Shown: positions 10,863 through 24,700, numbered from the whole stretch's first letter. The stretch: DNA of 62,758 nucleotides, filler included, from Stramenopiles sp. TOSAG23-6 (GCA_900128565.1; 46 parts of 46 records of this genome joined end to end with filler, not necessarily neighbours in it), one strand, 5' to 3'. Numbers and translations: made by a program. The notes: generated from the letters alone by a model not told the origin.

Positions 10863-13600
10863 NNNNNNNNNNNNNNNNNNNNNNNNNNNNNNNNNNNNNN
10901 NNNNNNTTAATTAATTAANNNNNNNNNNNNNNNNNNNNNNNNNNNNNNNNNNNNNNNNNNNNTTGTATTTTTTGTATTTTTTGTATTTTTTGTATTTTTT
11001 GTATTTTTTGTATTTTTAGACTCTTCAAACAATATTTTATTATTGAAAAATAATTCAAAATCAAAAGTTTTTTGGTTTTCTTCGTGAAATGACGAGACAA
11101 AATCATTGCAAATTTTAACTGCAGAACAATGTAAAAGAGAAATTCTCTGCAATGGATTCATACTATTATTCATAATATCATTATTACTATTTGTATTATT
11201 CTTACTATTTGTATTATTATTATTATTATGATTTGTATTATTATTATTATTTGAAGTATTATTATTATTATTATTATTATGATTTGTATTATTATTACTA
11301 TTTGTAGTATTATTATTATTATGATTTGTATTATCATTACTATTTGTATTATTATTATCATTTGTAACATATTTACTATTTGTAGTATTATTATTATTAT
11401 TTATAATATCTTGTTTTTTTACTAAAGAAATTTCCATTATTCCATTCTTCACTGTTATAAAACGACAATCCCAACGCATAAAATAACAGGGATATTTTTT
11501 CAACAAAATTCCTTTTTTATATAGTGTTGATAAAGACAAATCAGCTTTATTTGATACTGAAACAGCGTTGTGGTTTTCGTGTTTTTCGTGTTTTTCGTGT
11601 TTTTCGTGTTTTTCAGCGTCCATTGATTTTGAAACAGAGGATTGTTTTTGTGCTACGACTCGATGCAAAGTGAAATCGGATATTCGTACTTCTTCCTCTT
11701 CGTTCTGTAGTATGAAAAAATATTTCAAAAAAAATTTTTTTAGTTTCAAAAAAAAAATTGTTAGGTACAAAATTTCCTACAAAAAAAATATTTCCAAATT
11801 TTTTAGTTTTTTTTCAAAAAAAAAATTGTTAGGTACAAAATTTCCTATGAAAAAAAAAAATAAAACATACATTTTCATAGCGCACAGCGACATCTCCATC
11901 ACTACAAAATTCAATAATTTCAGCGACTCGTTGTGAATCCAATTGAACATTTTCTTCATTTACATCAAATACAAAGACAAATTGACCAAGTTTTAAGTTG
12001 TTTTTTTTTTCATTTACATTTTGATCATTATTATTTTTAGTATTATTATTACAACGAATAGTATCAATATCATCAATTTCATCATCAATAGTATTATCAA
12101 TATCATCAATATCATCAATGCTATCATCAACATCATCAATATCATCATTAATATCATCAATATCATCAATATCAACATCATCAATATCATCAATATCATC
12201 AATACTATCATCAACATCATCAATATCATCANNNNNNNNNNNNNNNNNNNNNNNNNNNNNNNNNNNNNNNNNNNNTTAATTAATTAANNNNNNNNNNNNN
12301 NNNNNNNNNNNNNNNNNNNNNNNNNNNNNNNTTGTATTTTTTGTATTTTTTGTATTTTTTGTATTTTTTGTATTTTTTGTATTTTTAGACTCTTCAAACA
12401 ATATTTTATTATTGAAAAATAATTCAAAATCAAAAGTTTTTTGGTTTTCTTCGTGAAATGACGAGACAAAATCATTGCAAATTTTAACTGCAGAACAATG
12501 TAAAAGAGAAATTCTCTGCAATGGATTCATACTATTATTCATAATATCATTATTACTATTTGTATTATTCTTACTATTTGTATTATTATTATTATTATGA
12601 TTTGTATTATTATTATTATTTGAAGTATTATTATTATTATTATTATTATGATTTGTATTATTATTACTATTTGTAGTATTATTATTATTATGATTTGTAT
12701 TATCATTACTATTTGTATTATTATTATCATTTGTAACATATTTACTATTTGTAGTATTATTATTATTATTTATAATATCTTGTTTTTTTACTAAAGAAAT
12801 TTCCATTATTCCATTCTTCACTGTTATAAAACGACAATCCCAACGCATAAAATAACAGGGATATTTTTTCAACAAAATTCCTTTTTTATATAGTGTTGAT
12901 AAAGACAAATCAGCTTTATTTGATACTGAAACAGCGTTGTGGTTTTCGTGTTTTTCGTGTTTTTCGTGTTTTTCGTGTTTTTCAGCGTCCATTGATTTTG
13001 AAACAGAGGATTGTTTTTGTGCTACGACTCGATGCAAAGTGAAATCGGATATTCGTACTTCTTCCTCTTCGTTCTGTAGTATGAAAAAATATTTCAAAAA
13101 AAATTTTTTTAGTTTCAAAAAAAAAATTGTTAGGTACAAAATTTCCTACAAAAAAAATATTTCCAAATTTTTTAGTTTTTTTTCAAAAAAAAAATTGTTA
13201 GGTACAAAATTTCCTATGAAAAAAAAAAATAAAACATACATTTTCATAGCGCACAGCGACATCTCCATCACTACAAAATTCAATAATTTCAGCGACTCGT
13301 TGTGAATCCAATTGAACATTTTCTTCATTTACATCAAATACAAAGACAAATTGACCAAGTTTTAAGTTGTTTTTTTTTTCATTTACATTTTGATCATTAT
13401 TATTTTTAGTATTATTATTACAACGAATAGTATCAATATCATCAATTTCATCATCAATAGTATTATCAATATCATCAATATCATCAATGCTATCATCAAC
13501 ATCATCAATATCATCATTAATATCATCAATATCATCAATATCAACATCATCAATATCATCAATATCATCAATACTATCATCAACATCATCAATATCATCA
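9594..13600. repeat. Three redundant copies of the same 1269-bp contig
   Basis: Copies at 9594, 10963 and 12332 look identical apart from one N, and are separated by spacers. Confidence 0.95.
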
Positions 13601-13700
13601 NNNNNNNNNNNNNNNNNNNNNNNNNNNNNNNNNNNNNNNNNNNNTTAATTAATTAANNNNNNNNNNNNNNNNNNNNNNNNNNNNNNNNNNNNNNNNNNNN

Positions 13701-13772
13701 AAAAAAACTTCAGTCTTGAAAAAAACTTCAGTCTTGAAAAAAACTTCAGTCTTGAAAAAAACTTCAGTCTTG
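13701..13772. repeat. 18-bp tandem repeat (GAAAAAAACTTCAGTCTT)x~4
   Basis: Seen directly at the contig end. Confidence 0.9.
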
Positions 13773-14561
13773 GAAAGAGGCCATCGCTCATTCAGCAAAC
13801 CTGATAAAATTCGAAATTCGTTAGGTACGAAATTAGGTACGGACCCCCCCCCCCCATCTTGAAACACATTCAAATTCTCATAATGAATTCGGAACTCTAT
13901 ATGATTGGAAACATCGTTCTGAGCAAAAAATTATAAATCAAGAAATAAATGATGATGTGTTATATATAGCATCACAGCAAAAGATTTCGTCCATAAATAA
14001 GTTTGATGATACGATCCAGTTCCCCCCAAAATTTTTATTAGCCTCAAAACAACGTCAGACTATCCTAACTAATAAAATAAAAAATAATACACGAAATTCG
14101 AAGAATAAATGGTGGTTTAGAAAAGTATTTGATGATTTTATATCAAAAGGACAGGGCAGTATTTAACAATGTAGTGTATTTTAGGTGTATGATAGATATA
14201 GGTATGATATTTAATATAAAGGTATACAATTTTGTAATTTTTCAATGTGGTTATTTTTTTTCAACGGATGTTACATGAGGGGTAAAATAGAGTAATATTT
14301 AATATTTCAAATTTAATATATCAAATTTAACATGGGTTTTATTTCAGAAATATCAAAGCAATACAGAATATTAAGATAGATGGTATATATCTTCATTATC
14401 AACAAAAATACACAGACTACTCAACTCTTCCATTACTTGTAGGTGAAACATTATTATCAACAAAAATACACAGACTACTCAACTCTTCCATTACTTGTAG
14501 ATGAAACATTATTATTTCTTACGAACGAGTACAAAAGGACTAACCCTAACCGTAACATATT

Positions 14562-14909
14562 TCAGTCACGTGTTGACCAGGAACGTTTCATAGCTGAAAA
14601 AATCGGAATATATCGTGAAAAATATTTTTTTGTAGAAAAATCGTTAGGTACAAAATTTTCAAAAAAAAAAAANTNAANTTGNAANTTAATTGTGAAAACG
14701 TACATATATCGATCAGTTTTTTCCAAATATCGTTTATCTTGCATTGATATACATTCACAAATCCAAAGTAAGTTACGCACTTCTTGCTCTTTGAGTTTTA
14801 CAAATGCATATAGTACAGCGTAGTGGCTTTGACCATAAAAAGCATTTTCGTGCAAGGACACATTATAATGGTAAAATCCATCATCCAAACCTTCCATGTG
14901 ATCGTCATC
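14562..14909 (-). CDS. Hypothetical protein, last two exons; GT-AT intron 14703-14608
   Basis: Acceptor CCAAAAAACAT at 14910; cgatatAT|GTACGT...CACGATATAT|t. Confidence 0.6.
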   Translation of the reverse strand, partial: DDDHMEGLDDGFYHYNVSLHENAFYGQSHYAVLYAFVKLKEQEVRNLLWICECISMQDKRYLEKTDRYMYVFTIXXQXXFFFFENFVPNDFSTKKYFSRYIPIFSAMKRSWSTRD

Positions 14910-15069
14910 ATGTTTTTTGGAAAAATATTTCAAAAAAAATCTAAAAAAAATTGTTAGGTACAAAATTTCNNNNNNNNNNNNNNNNNNNNNNNNNNNNNNN
15001 NNNNNNNNNNNNNTTAATTAATTAANNNNNNNNNNNNNNNNNNNNNNNNNNNNNNNNNNNNNNNNNNNN

Positions 15070-15615
15070 TTGGAGAAGGATACTTAACAATTTTATCATT
15101 TTTGCTTTGTGGATTTGGCTATTTTTTCTACTCAGTGGCTTGTACGTCGTTATTTCATTACGTTCAATCTTTTTTTTTTAATTTTTAATTTTTGTACCTA
15201 AAATCTTTTTTTTTTTTGAAATATTTTTCAAAATACGTCAACATTATCGCATGTTTTATTTATTAGTGTTCCAATTGCTTTAGGCTCTTCCGTTTTGTAC
15301 ACAATTCTAACTTCTCAAATGACAAAACTTGTGGATAAGAGACATATTGGCCGGGCTGTGTCGATAAGACATGTATGTTTTCAAAATTGAATGTAGATTT
15401 GTTTTTCATATACAATTTCGTACCTAACGATTCTTAAAAAAAAATATTAATTTATAATACATGTAATAGGCTCATTTTGTGGCATAATAACTCCGCCATT
15501 TGGTACACATTTACTTACAGAATATGGATTTGCAACAATTGGACTTGTTTGCAGTGGAGGGATGTGTATTGCTATGGTTCTGTATATTGTTTTGTTTATT
15601 ATAAATAAGAAGTAA
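15070..15615 (+). CDS. MFS transporter C-terminus; exons 15070-15141, 15239-15372, 15463-15615
   Basis: Spliced frame gives consecutive TM helices with the MFS-type loop TSQMTKLVDKRHIGRAVS...GIITPPFG. Confidence 0.75.
15142..15238 (+). other. Family intron ending in GT
   Basis: gcTT|GTACGT...TCAAAATACGT|ca; 97 nt. Confidence 0.7.
15373..15462 (+). other. GT-AT family intron
   Basis: gacAT|GTATGT...TATAATACAT|gta; in-frame stop if retained. Confidence 0.8.
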
Positions 15616-15710
15616 ATTTGAATTAAATGTATGATCTCAAGAATAAACTATTACATGTGAGACCTCCTCCCCCAAAAGTTTACAAGTACAAAATTTCATA
15701 CCTATCACGT

Positions 15711-16338
15711 TTACGTTTCAGACACAATATTTGTACAATTCTTTTCAAGCCAATTCGCTAAATATTCGATTTGGTTAGCTGGTTGATTGTTATAAACTTC
15801 AATCAATCCTCTTGAAAGTCCCGGGATAATGTATTTATGAAGAAATTCCTTCTTCTCCTTCACGAGGGAAAAATCAATTAAAGGTTCTACTTGAGTTGAA
15901 TCATTTTTTTTTACTGTAGTCAAAATATCATTACCAACTTTATCCGAATTTTCTAGTGACATTTCTGTTTCCCCTGTTTCTGGTTGTTTTGGTATTTCTG
16001 TAGTTTCTGTAGTTTCTGTTTGTTTTGGCGTTGGTGGTATTTCTACGCCATTGTTCGTCGTGACTTCGTTAACATCAGTACTCTTTTCAGACTGTGAATA
16101 CATTTCAACATTTTCAGAAGTCGATTCTTCTTGGAACTTTTTCAACATAGGTAAGTTTCGCTGTACGGCTTTAGGTGTAATATTTGTATATACTTTGTAA
16201 ATGTGTTCAATCATGCTTAATGACGTTTTTTCTGGAGTGTCTTCTCCAGTTATTGTGGCATCAAAGTAACCTAAGGATGGCTCATGTTCACTTATATATT
16301 TTTGGATAGCTTCTCCCACTGGCAATGAATTTTCAGAT
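15711..16338 (-). CDS. Protein with a C-terminal Dpy-30 motif
   Basis: EFLHKYIIPGLSRGLIEVYNNQPANQIEYLANWLEKN. Confidence 0.75.
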
Positions 16339-16447
16339 NNNNNNNNNNNNNNNNNNNNNNNNNNNNNNNNNNNNNNNNNNNNTTAATTAATTAANNNNNN
16401 NNNNNNNNNNNNNNNNNNNNNNNNNNNNNNNNNNNNNNGGTTTTCCA

Positions 16448-17009
16448 ATGGCTATTGCATATTGTACATATAAGGGTTGGAATGGTTATAAAAAGGATTA
16501 TAAAAAAGCATTTAAGATGTTTATGGATAATAGTGATGATAGTTATGCTCAAAATGAGATTGGTTGGTTTTATCAACATGGTCATGGTGTTGCTGAAGAC
16601 AAAAAAGAAGCTTTCAAGTGGTATTCTAAATCTGCTAATGCTGGTAATAGTGATGGACAAAGTAATCTTGGTTTATGCTATCAATATGGTCATGGTGTTG
16701 CTGAAGATAAAAAAGAAGCTTTCAAGTGGTTTACTAAATCGGCTAATGCTGGTAATAGTAAAGCACAAAATCAAGTTGGTTTATGCTATGATAGTGGTGA
16801 TGGTGTTGCTCAAGACGAAAAAGAAGCTATTAAGTGGTATACTAAATCGGCTAATGCTGGTAATAGATATGCACAAGAAAATCTTAGTTGTTGCTATTCT
16901 ACATGGTGATGGTGTTGCTGAAGACAAAAATGAAGCTAAAACGTGGTATACCAAAGCTGCTAATGCCGGTCATAAGTCTGCACAAGAAATCCTTGAAAAA
17001 TATTTTTAA
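16448..17009 (+). CDS. Sel1-like repeat protein (36-aa repeats) with a +1 frameshift near 16897
   Basis: AQxxLGxCYxxGxGVxxDxKEAxKWYxKSANAG repeats; the last repeat continues in another frame. Confidence 0.85.
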
Positions 17010-17396
17010 ATTTATTTTTGTTATTTTTTTTATTATTGTACTAAAACGTTTCCCTGTTGTTTATAAAAGGTTGAAACATTTCATATACAAACAAAAATAA
17101 TAACACATATTTAATTAAATTTGAGAAATTAGATAAAAAAATCAATAAAATAATATTGATGAATTAAGTCGAAATTTGATACCATTACCTGGTACTTTTT
17201 TTTTCATAAAATTATTTTCCAAATTTTTTTTTTTAATTCGGATTTCTTTGTTTTTGACCAGTCCAGTCGCAGTGCTGCTGACGGCATGTCGATGTGTCGT
17301 CACGACTCACGCGTAGGCGTACAACAATATCAAAACAAAAAACAAAAAAAAATCATAATACATAAAAATAAAAAAAAATCTTTTTAAAATCTTTTA

Positions 17397-17652
17397 TTAT
17401 CTCTTCACGTTTTCATCTCTAGGTTTTAAAGGCCAAGACGATTTCATTCTTGGTGTTCCAATTTTAGATTTTCTGTAATTTGTCATTTTATGAGGAGTAA
17501 TTTTAGTACTACTCTCTGTGGAAGAAGAATTAATTGGAGAAATATCATCATCATCATCTGCCTTTTCATCATCATTAGTATCATTAACCTTTTCATTTGT
17601 ATCATTTTTATCATTACGTGGTGTATTACATTGTAAATTACAATCACGACCC
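17397..17652 (-). CDS. Terminal exon, hypothetical protein
   Basis: Follows family acceptor CCAAAATACAT at 17653. Confidence 0.55.
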
Positions 17653-17806
17653 ATGTATTTTGGAAAAATATTTCAAAAAAATCTAAAAAAATTTGTTAGG
17701 TACAAANNNNNNNNNNNNNNNNNNNNNNNNNNNNNNNNNNNNNNNNNNNNTTAATTAATTAANNNNNNNNNNNNNNNNNNNNNNNNNNNNNNNNNNNNNN
17801 NNNNNN

Positions 17807-18025
17807 TCCCTCTGATTGTTGTTGTTNTAGGGCCGATATAAGTGTCTGAAAATTTTGCATTGCAATTTCAATCAAAGATGAAAAGTATTCTTTATCGCTT
17901 ACGTTGTTAGTAGAAATACTACTTGTTGTTGTTTCTCCGTTTGCTCCAATGGCATGTACAACACGTGTTGTGTTACAAAGCATGAAGCAAACCAAACAAA
18001 TGTACAATACATGTGTTGTTTTCAT
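17807..18025 (-). CDS. 5' end of a probable secreted protein
   Basis: Signal-peptide-like N-terminus MKTTHVLYICLVCFML; divergent from the 18454 ORF. Confidence 0.45.
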
Positions 18026-18453
18026 TGTGATTTGTGTCGTTTGTGTCGTTTCTTATTCAATATATAGCAAAGAACTTCAAAGAACGTAAAGTTTTGTTTG
18101 TAAAATATTTACCTTGCGAGAAATTACATGGAGAGAAACAGAGCGACGAAAACGGAATTCGTACTTATTATATACGGAAAGTTTAACCGTCCAAACGCGC
18201 GCTGGAATTCCTACACGACGATTTTTGGATACGATTTATAACCGACGGGAGCCCACATTTTTTTTTCCAACTTGTTGTTGGCCGGCCGCCGGAGATTTTT
18301 CGATGTAAAAAAAAATCCGATAATTTCGAATCTCAAAATTCTGCTCTCTCTTGGATCTCCAGGATCGACGACAACAAAGTATGTGTGTTCAAAGAAACAA
18401 TATAATAGTATCATTGTATTAGATCTCACATTGCTTCATTATATTAATTTACA

Positions 18454-19074
18454 ATGGAGTTTCTATGCGGTGGAAGTAGTCAACAACGTAAGGCTACGAA
18501 ATCTAAAAGATCAAAAGTCAAAAGTAAGAAGACACGTAATCGTTCGACCAAACAAAACGAACTAAATATTTCAACGAAAGCTCAAGAAGTTTCAAAGAAA
18601 GTTCAAGACGGTTCGACACATCAAAGTATAAATAATACAATCTCAAAAGAAATAGATCAATTTCTATATACTAATACTACTTGTAGTGGTGTAAATGATG
18701 ACATCAATACGATAAATTCTAATAAGGACGAAAAGAAAAATGATGACATCAATACGATAAATTCTAATAAGGACGAAAAGAAGGATACAAACAACAATGG
18801 AAAACAAGAATTTCCTCCACCTTTTGAATCTCTCGATACTTCAACAACTTCGATTCTTTTACAACCAAGAAAAATTGATTTGTACCGTCTTCGTCGTAAG
18901 AAAAGTAGCAATACAAAATTTACAAACGGTATACTAAAGGATAGAAAGGATGTTAATACTCACAGTTCTACAAGTAATGCAATCTCATTGGAACAACACC
19001 AACAACATCTCAAAGATTCAATCGCAAAAGTAAATGAAAAACATCAACAAAATATGAAAGATTCAATCGCAAAA
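18454..19074 (+). CDS. 5' part of a hypothetical low-complexity protein
   Basis: More than 200 open codons running to the contig end. Confidence 0.55.
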
Positions 19075-19461
19075 NNNNNNNNNNNNNNNNNNNNNNNNNN
19101 NNNNNNNNNNNNNNNNNNTTAATTAATTAANNNNNNNNNNNNNNNNNNNNNNNNNNNNNNNNNNNNNNNNNNNNATTGTAGTTTTTTAATGTGCAAAGGT
19201 AAATGAAATCCACTTATTGAAATATTCATACTTAATTAATGATGACGCGCCGTCCCTTTTGAGTTCCTGACCAATATTTTAATTCCCTTGCACCAAAATG
19301 ATTTTTTCGTGTTTTTGAGAAATGAAAATTTCAAAAATCGTCGCGTCCTAAAAAAGATATGACCGATCCGAGATCTCCGATCAAAACCATTTACTGACCT
19401 CAGTGACCTGTACCTGTTCGTTCGTTCATGTGAACACGAAGGAAACTAATCCAAGAGCCGT

Positions 19462-20374
19462 ATGAAATCAAGAAAAGGAGAAGGCAAGCAAACACCAACC
19501 AAGCGAAGTCGATCCGAGATACCCCTTGACAATTCTTCATTTCCAGTGTCTGAAAAAGGAGAAGGCAAGCAAACACCAACCAAGCGAAGTCGATTCGAGT
19601 CTGAAAAATCTCCAAAAGTCAGGAAGATTAAAAGCTCACTTACCAAATCATTTGAAATGTCTGCCGTGCGTTCATTTGATCATGCCAATACCAGTGATTT
19701 AATGCAAATTATTCCCATCGAAGCACTTTCTGATAACTATATGTGGCTCATTGTATGTACGACGACAAAACAAGCTGCCATTGTGGATCCTGTTGAACCA
19801 AATAAAGTCATTGAAGCCTGTAAGAGAACTGGGTCCACACTTAAAATGGCATTGACAACACATAATCACTGGGACCACGCAGGTGGAAATATTGAACTTG
19901 CGCAAAAGATTCCAGATCTTGATATTTATGGAGGGTTAGGCGATAATGCACCAGGTGTTACAAAGGAGGTTACCGAAGGTGACAAAATATCAATTGGAAA
20001 ATTGTCTGTCAAAGTCATAAGCACACCAGGTCATACATCAGGACACGTATGTTTTTTAGTGAGTCCAAATGATGGACATCCATCGGCAGTATTTACTGGT
20101 GATACTTTATTCATATCTGGTTGTGGTAATTTTAACTCTGGGACTCCTGAAAATTTTTCATCGGCATTTAAAAAATTGGCTTCTTTGAATCCTGATACAT
20201 TGGTGTATTGTGGTCATGAGTATACTACTGCGAATATAAAATATGCATTGCATTTTGATCCAGATAATAGTATATTAGCTGAAAAACTTTTGTGGGTAAA
20301 TAAAAAACGATCCTCCAAGCCACCACAAATGACAATGCCTAGTACAATAAAAGAAGAATTTGAGACGAATCCAT
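19462..20374 (+). CDS. HAGH: Hydroxyacylglutathione hydrolase (glyoxalase II), first exon; start at 19462 or a downstream Met
   Basis: DNYMWL, THNHWDHAGGN, TPGHTSGH, FTGDTLF, YCGHEY, ETNP then donor AT|GTATGT at 20375. Confidence 0.92.
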
Positions 20375-20541
20375 GTATGTTTTATTTTTTTTTAAACAAA
20401 AAAATCGAATTTATTTTTTTATAGTAAATTTTGTACCTAACNNNNNNNNNNNNNNNNNNNNNNNNNNNNNNNNNNNNNNNNNNNNTTAATTAATTAANNN
20501 NNNNNNNNNNNNNNNNNNNNNNNNNNNNNNNNNNNNNNNNN

Positions 20542-21705
20542 TTCAGGTTCAGGTTCAGGTTCAGGTTGAATTTTAACATCTTTGAGACGATTTTCCCCAA
20601 AAGGGAGCTCTCCCCCATCAACCCGATATACAATATCTCGGTTGCCTCCGCGAAGAAGGCTTTTGTGAACGTTTTTCATTCCCGATATATACTTTTCCGC
20701 GATAATCCGAATTGGATCATACAAGGAGGTAGACCCATCGGGATTGTCCAACAGTTGAACAAAAGCAAGTAATTGCTCAGCATTCAAAAGTTTAATATTT
20801 TCAAAAACTGTGTGAGGAATCGCATACTGAAAAGTTCTGTATCTGTTACGTCCTTCATCATCTGGAACCTGATCCCTGCTGATAACATAACGATGCCTAT
20901 AATGAGTAGAACCGTGATTGTTTCCTTCAACTTGAGCGATCATTTGATCAACTTCCTTTGGGTCAACGTATCCCACAGCTTTAGGCATTTGACTAAATAA
21001 ATCAAACATTTTTCCTGCTGTTGTGCTCAATTTGGCTATCTCACTTGCCTTAGTTGGATTATTTATCATGGCGATTAACACAAAATCAGGAATTTCTCGC
21101 ATAGACTCTGGAACATATTTGAAATCCATAGATTCAAGAAGTGCGGCTTTTACTATGTCAGCATCATCTTTCAGCCTGTCAGATAAAACTCGAAACATAC
21201 AAGACTTGATTGGACTAGACATGAACTTGACTTTATCATCAAAAATATTCACATCACTGCAATTTTTTTTTAGGGATTCAAGATTTTCTACGAGACTGTC
21301 CGGAGCATAACTGCTTTTGGTTCTTTCTATCATAATAGAAATGACCTCATCGTGACATTGCAGGTTTTCTGGAAGTGTTTTATAGATGGATTTAGTGCAG
21401 TACAATGATGCAATAAGAACATCTTGATCATCCCGTAAAGCTTCCGGTATATTCTGAAAGCATTCCTCTGGCGTATAGTTGTTCAGAGCATCTCTTTTCA
21501 ATAACGCAATTACCACCTCTTTATCGTTTATCAAATCACCAACGTCTTGCCATATAAACGAAGAATAGTCAACATAACCGTCACGAGTAACTTCTGCAAT
21601 AACTTCATCTTTATTATGCCAGTCTATTGCTTTGGTTGTACCACAAAGCAACGCAATTGCGCTTAACATAATTAGAGCTTTAGAGATCATTTTCAAGTTG
21701 ATCAA
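20542..21705 (-). CDS. Secreted DUF4116-like repeat protein with a (PE)n tail, 3' truncated
   Basis: Signal peptide; repeats DKEVVIALLKRD, IPEALRDDQDVLIA, LSDRLKDDADIVKAAL, FKYVPESMR. Confidence 0.7.
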
Positions 21706-24700
21706 TTTTGATATTTACTCAGTTCCTCTTCAGCAGGTAGAACTTCTACTCACTCTTTCAAGCTTCTTTCAAGCTTCTTTCAAGCTTCTTTCAAGCTTCT
21801 TTCAAGCTNNNNNNNNNNNNNNNNNNNNNNNNNNNNNNNNNNNNNNNNNNNNTTAATTAATTAANNNNNNNNNNNNNNNNNNNNNNNNNNNNNNNNNNNN
21901 NNNNNNNNTTCAGGTTCAGGTTCAGGTTCAGGTTGAATTTTAACATCTTTGAGACGATTTTCCCCAAAAGGGAGCTCTCCCCCATCAACCCGATATACAA
22001 TATCTCGGTTGCCTCCGCGAAGAAGGCTTTTGTGAACGTTTTTCATTCCCGATATATACTTTTCCGCGATAATCCGAATTGGATCATACAAGGAGGTAGA
22101 CCCATCGGGATTGTCCAACAGTTGAACAAAAGCAAGTAATTGCTCAGCATTCAAAAGTTTAATATTTTCAAAAACTGTGTGAGGAATCGCATACTGAAAA
22201 GTTCTGTATCTGTTACGTCCTTCATCATCTGGAACCTGATCCCTGCTGATAACATAACGATGCCTATAATGAGTAGAACCGTGATTGTTTCCTTCAACTT
22301 GAGCGATCATTTGATCAACTTCCTTTGGGTCAACGTATCCCACAGCTTTAGGCATTTGACTAAATAAATCAAACATTTTTCCTGCTGTTGTGCTCAATTT
22401 GGCTATCTCACTTGCCTTAGTTGGATTATTTATCATGGCGATTAACACAAAATCAGGAATTTCTCGCATAGACTCTGGAACATATTTGAAATCCATAGAT
22501 TCAAGAAGTGCGGCTTTTACTATGTCAGCATCATCTTTCAGCCTGTCAGATAAAACTCGAAACATACAAGACTTGATTGGACTAGACATGAACTTGACTT
22601 TATCATCAAAAATATTCACATCACTGCAATTTTTTTTTAGGGATTCAAGATTTTCTACGAGACTGTCCGGAGCATAACTGCTTTTGGTTCTTTCTATCAT
22701 AATAGAAATGACCTCATCGTGACATTGCAGGTTTTCTGGAAGTGTTTTATAGATGGATTTAGTGCAGTACAATGATGCAATAAGAACATCTTGATCATCC
22801 CGTAAAGCTTCCGGTATATTCTGAAAGCATTCCTCTGGCGTATAGTTGTTCAGAGCATCTCTTTTCAATAACGCAATTACCACCTCTTTATCGTTTATCA
22901 AATCACCAACGTCTTGCCATATAAACGAAGAATAGTCAACATAACCGTCACGAGTAACTTCTGCAATAACTTCATCTTTATTATGCCAGTCTATTGCTTT
23001 GGTTGTACCACAAAGCAACGCAATTGCGCTTAACATAATTAGAGCTTTAGAGATCATTTTCAAGTTGATCAATTTTGATATTTACTCAGTTCCTCTTCAG
23101 CAGGTAGAACTTCTACTCACTCTTTCAAGCTTCTTTCAAGCTTCTTTCAAGCTTCTTTCAAGCTTCTTTCAAGCTNNNNNNNNNNNNNNNNNNNNNNNNN
23201 NNNNNNNNNNNNNNNNNNNTTAATTAATTAANNNNNNNNNNNNNNNNNNNNNNNNNNNNNNNNNNNNNNNNNNNNTTCAGGTTCAGGTTCAGGTTCAGGT
23301 TGAATTTTAACATCTTTGAGACGATTTTCCCCAAAAGGGAGCTCTCCCCCATCAACCCGATATACAATATCTCGGTTGCCTCCGCGAAGAAGGCTTTTGT
23401 GAACGTTTTTCATTCCCGATATATACTTTTCCGCGATAATCCGAATTGGATCATACAAGGAGGTAGACCCATCGGGATTGTCCAACAGTTGAACAAAAGC
23501 AAGTAATTGCTCAGCATTCAAAAGTTTAATATTTTCAAAAACTGTGTGAGGAATCGCATACTGAAAAGTTCTGTATCTGTTACGTCCTTCATCATCTGGA
23601 ACCTGATCCCTGCTGATAACATAACGATGCCTATAATGAGTAGAACCGTGATTGTTTCCTTCAACTTGAGCGATCATTTGATCAACTTCCTTTGGGTCAA
23701 CGTATCCCACAGCTTTAGGCATTTGACTAAATAAATCAAACATTTTTCCTGCTGTTGTGCTCAATTTGGCTATCTCACTTGCCTTAGTTGGATTATTTAT
23801 CATGGCGATTAACACAAAATCAGGAATTTCTCGCATAGACTCTGGAACATATTTGAAATCCATAGATTCAAGAAGTGCGGCTTTTACTATGTCAGCATCA
23901 TCTTTCAGCCTGTCAGATAAAACTCGAAACATACAAGACTTGATTGGACTAGACATGAACTTGACTTTATCATCAAAAATATTCACATCACTGCAATTTT
24001 TTTTTAGGGATTCAAGATTTTCTACGAGACTGTCCGGAGCATAACTGCTTTTGGTTCTTTCTATCATAATAGAAATGACCTCATCGTGACATTGCAGGTT
24101 TTCTGGAAGTGTTTTATAGATGGATTTAGTGCAGTACAATGATGCAATAAGAACATCTTGATCATCCCGTAAAGCTTCCGGTATATTCTGAAAGCATTCC
24201 TCTGGCGTATAGTTGTTCAGAGCATCTCTTTTCAATAACGCAATTACCACCTCTTTATCGTTTATCAAATCACCAACGTCTTGCCATATAAACGAAGAAT
24301 AGTCAACATAACCGTCACGAGTAACTTCTGCAATAACTTCATCTTTATTATGCCAGTCTATTGCTTTGGTTGTACCACAAAGCAACGCAATTGCGCTTAA
24401 CATAATTAGAGCTTTAGAGATCATTTTCAAGTTGATCAATTTTGATATTTACTCAGTTCCTCTTCAGCAGGTAGAACTTCTACTCACTCTTTCAAGCTTC
24501 TTTCAAGCTTCTTTCAAGCTTCTTTCAAGCTTCTTTCAAGCTNNNNNNNNNNNNNNNNNNNNNNNNNNNNNNNNNNNNNNNNNNNNTTAATTAATTAANN
24601 NNNNNNNNNNNNNNNNNNNNNNNNNNNNNNNNNNNNNNNNNNTTCAGGTTCAGGTTCAGGTTCAGGTTGAATTTTAACATCTTTGAGACGATTTTCCCCA

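Noticed and set aside
9594-13600. Triplicated PH-domain gene
   Set aside because: Same redundancy artefact.
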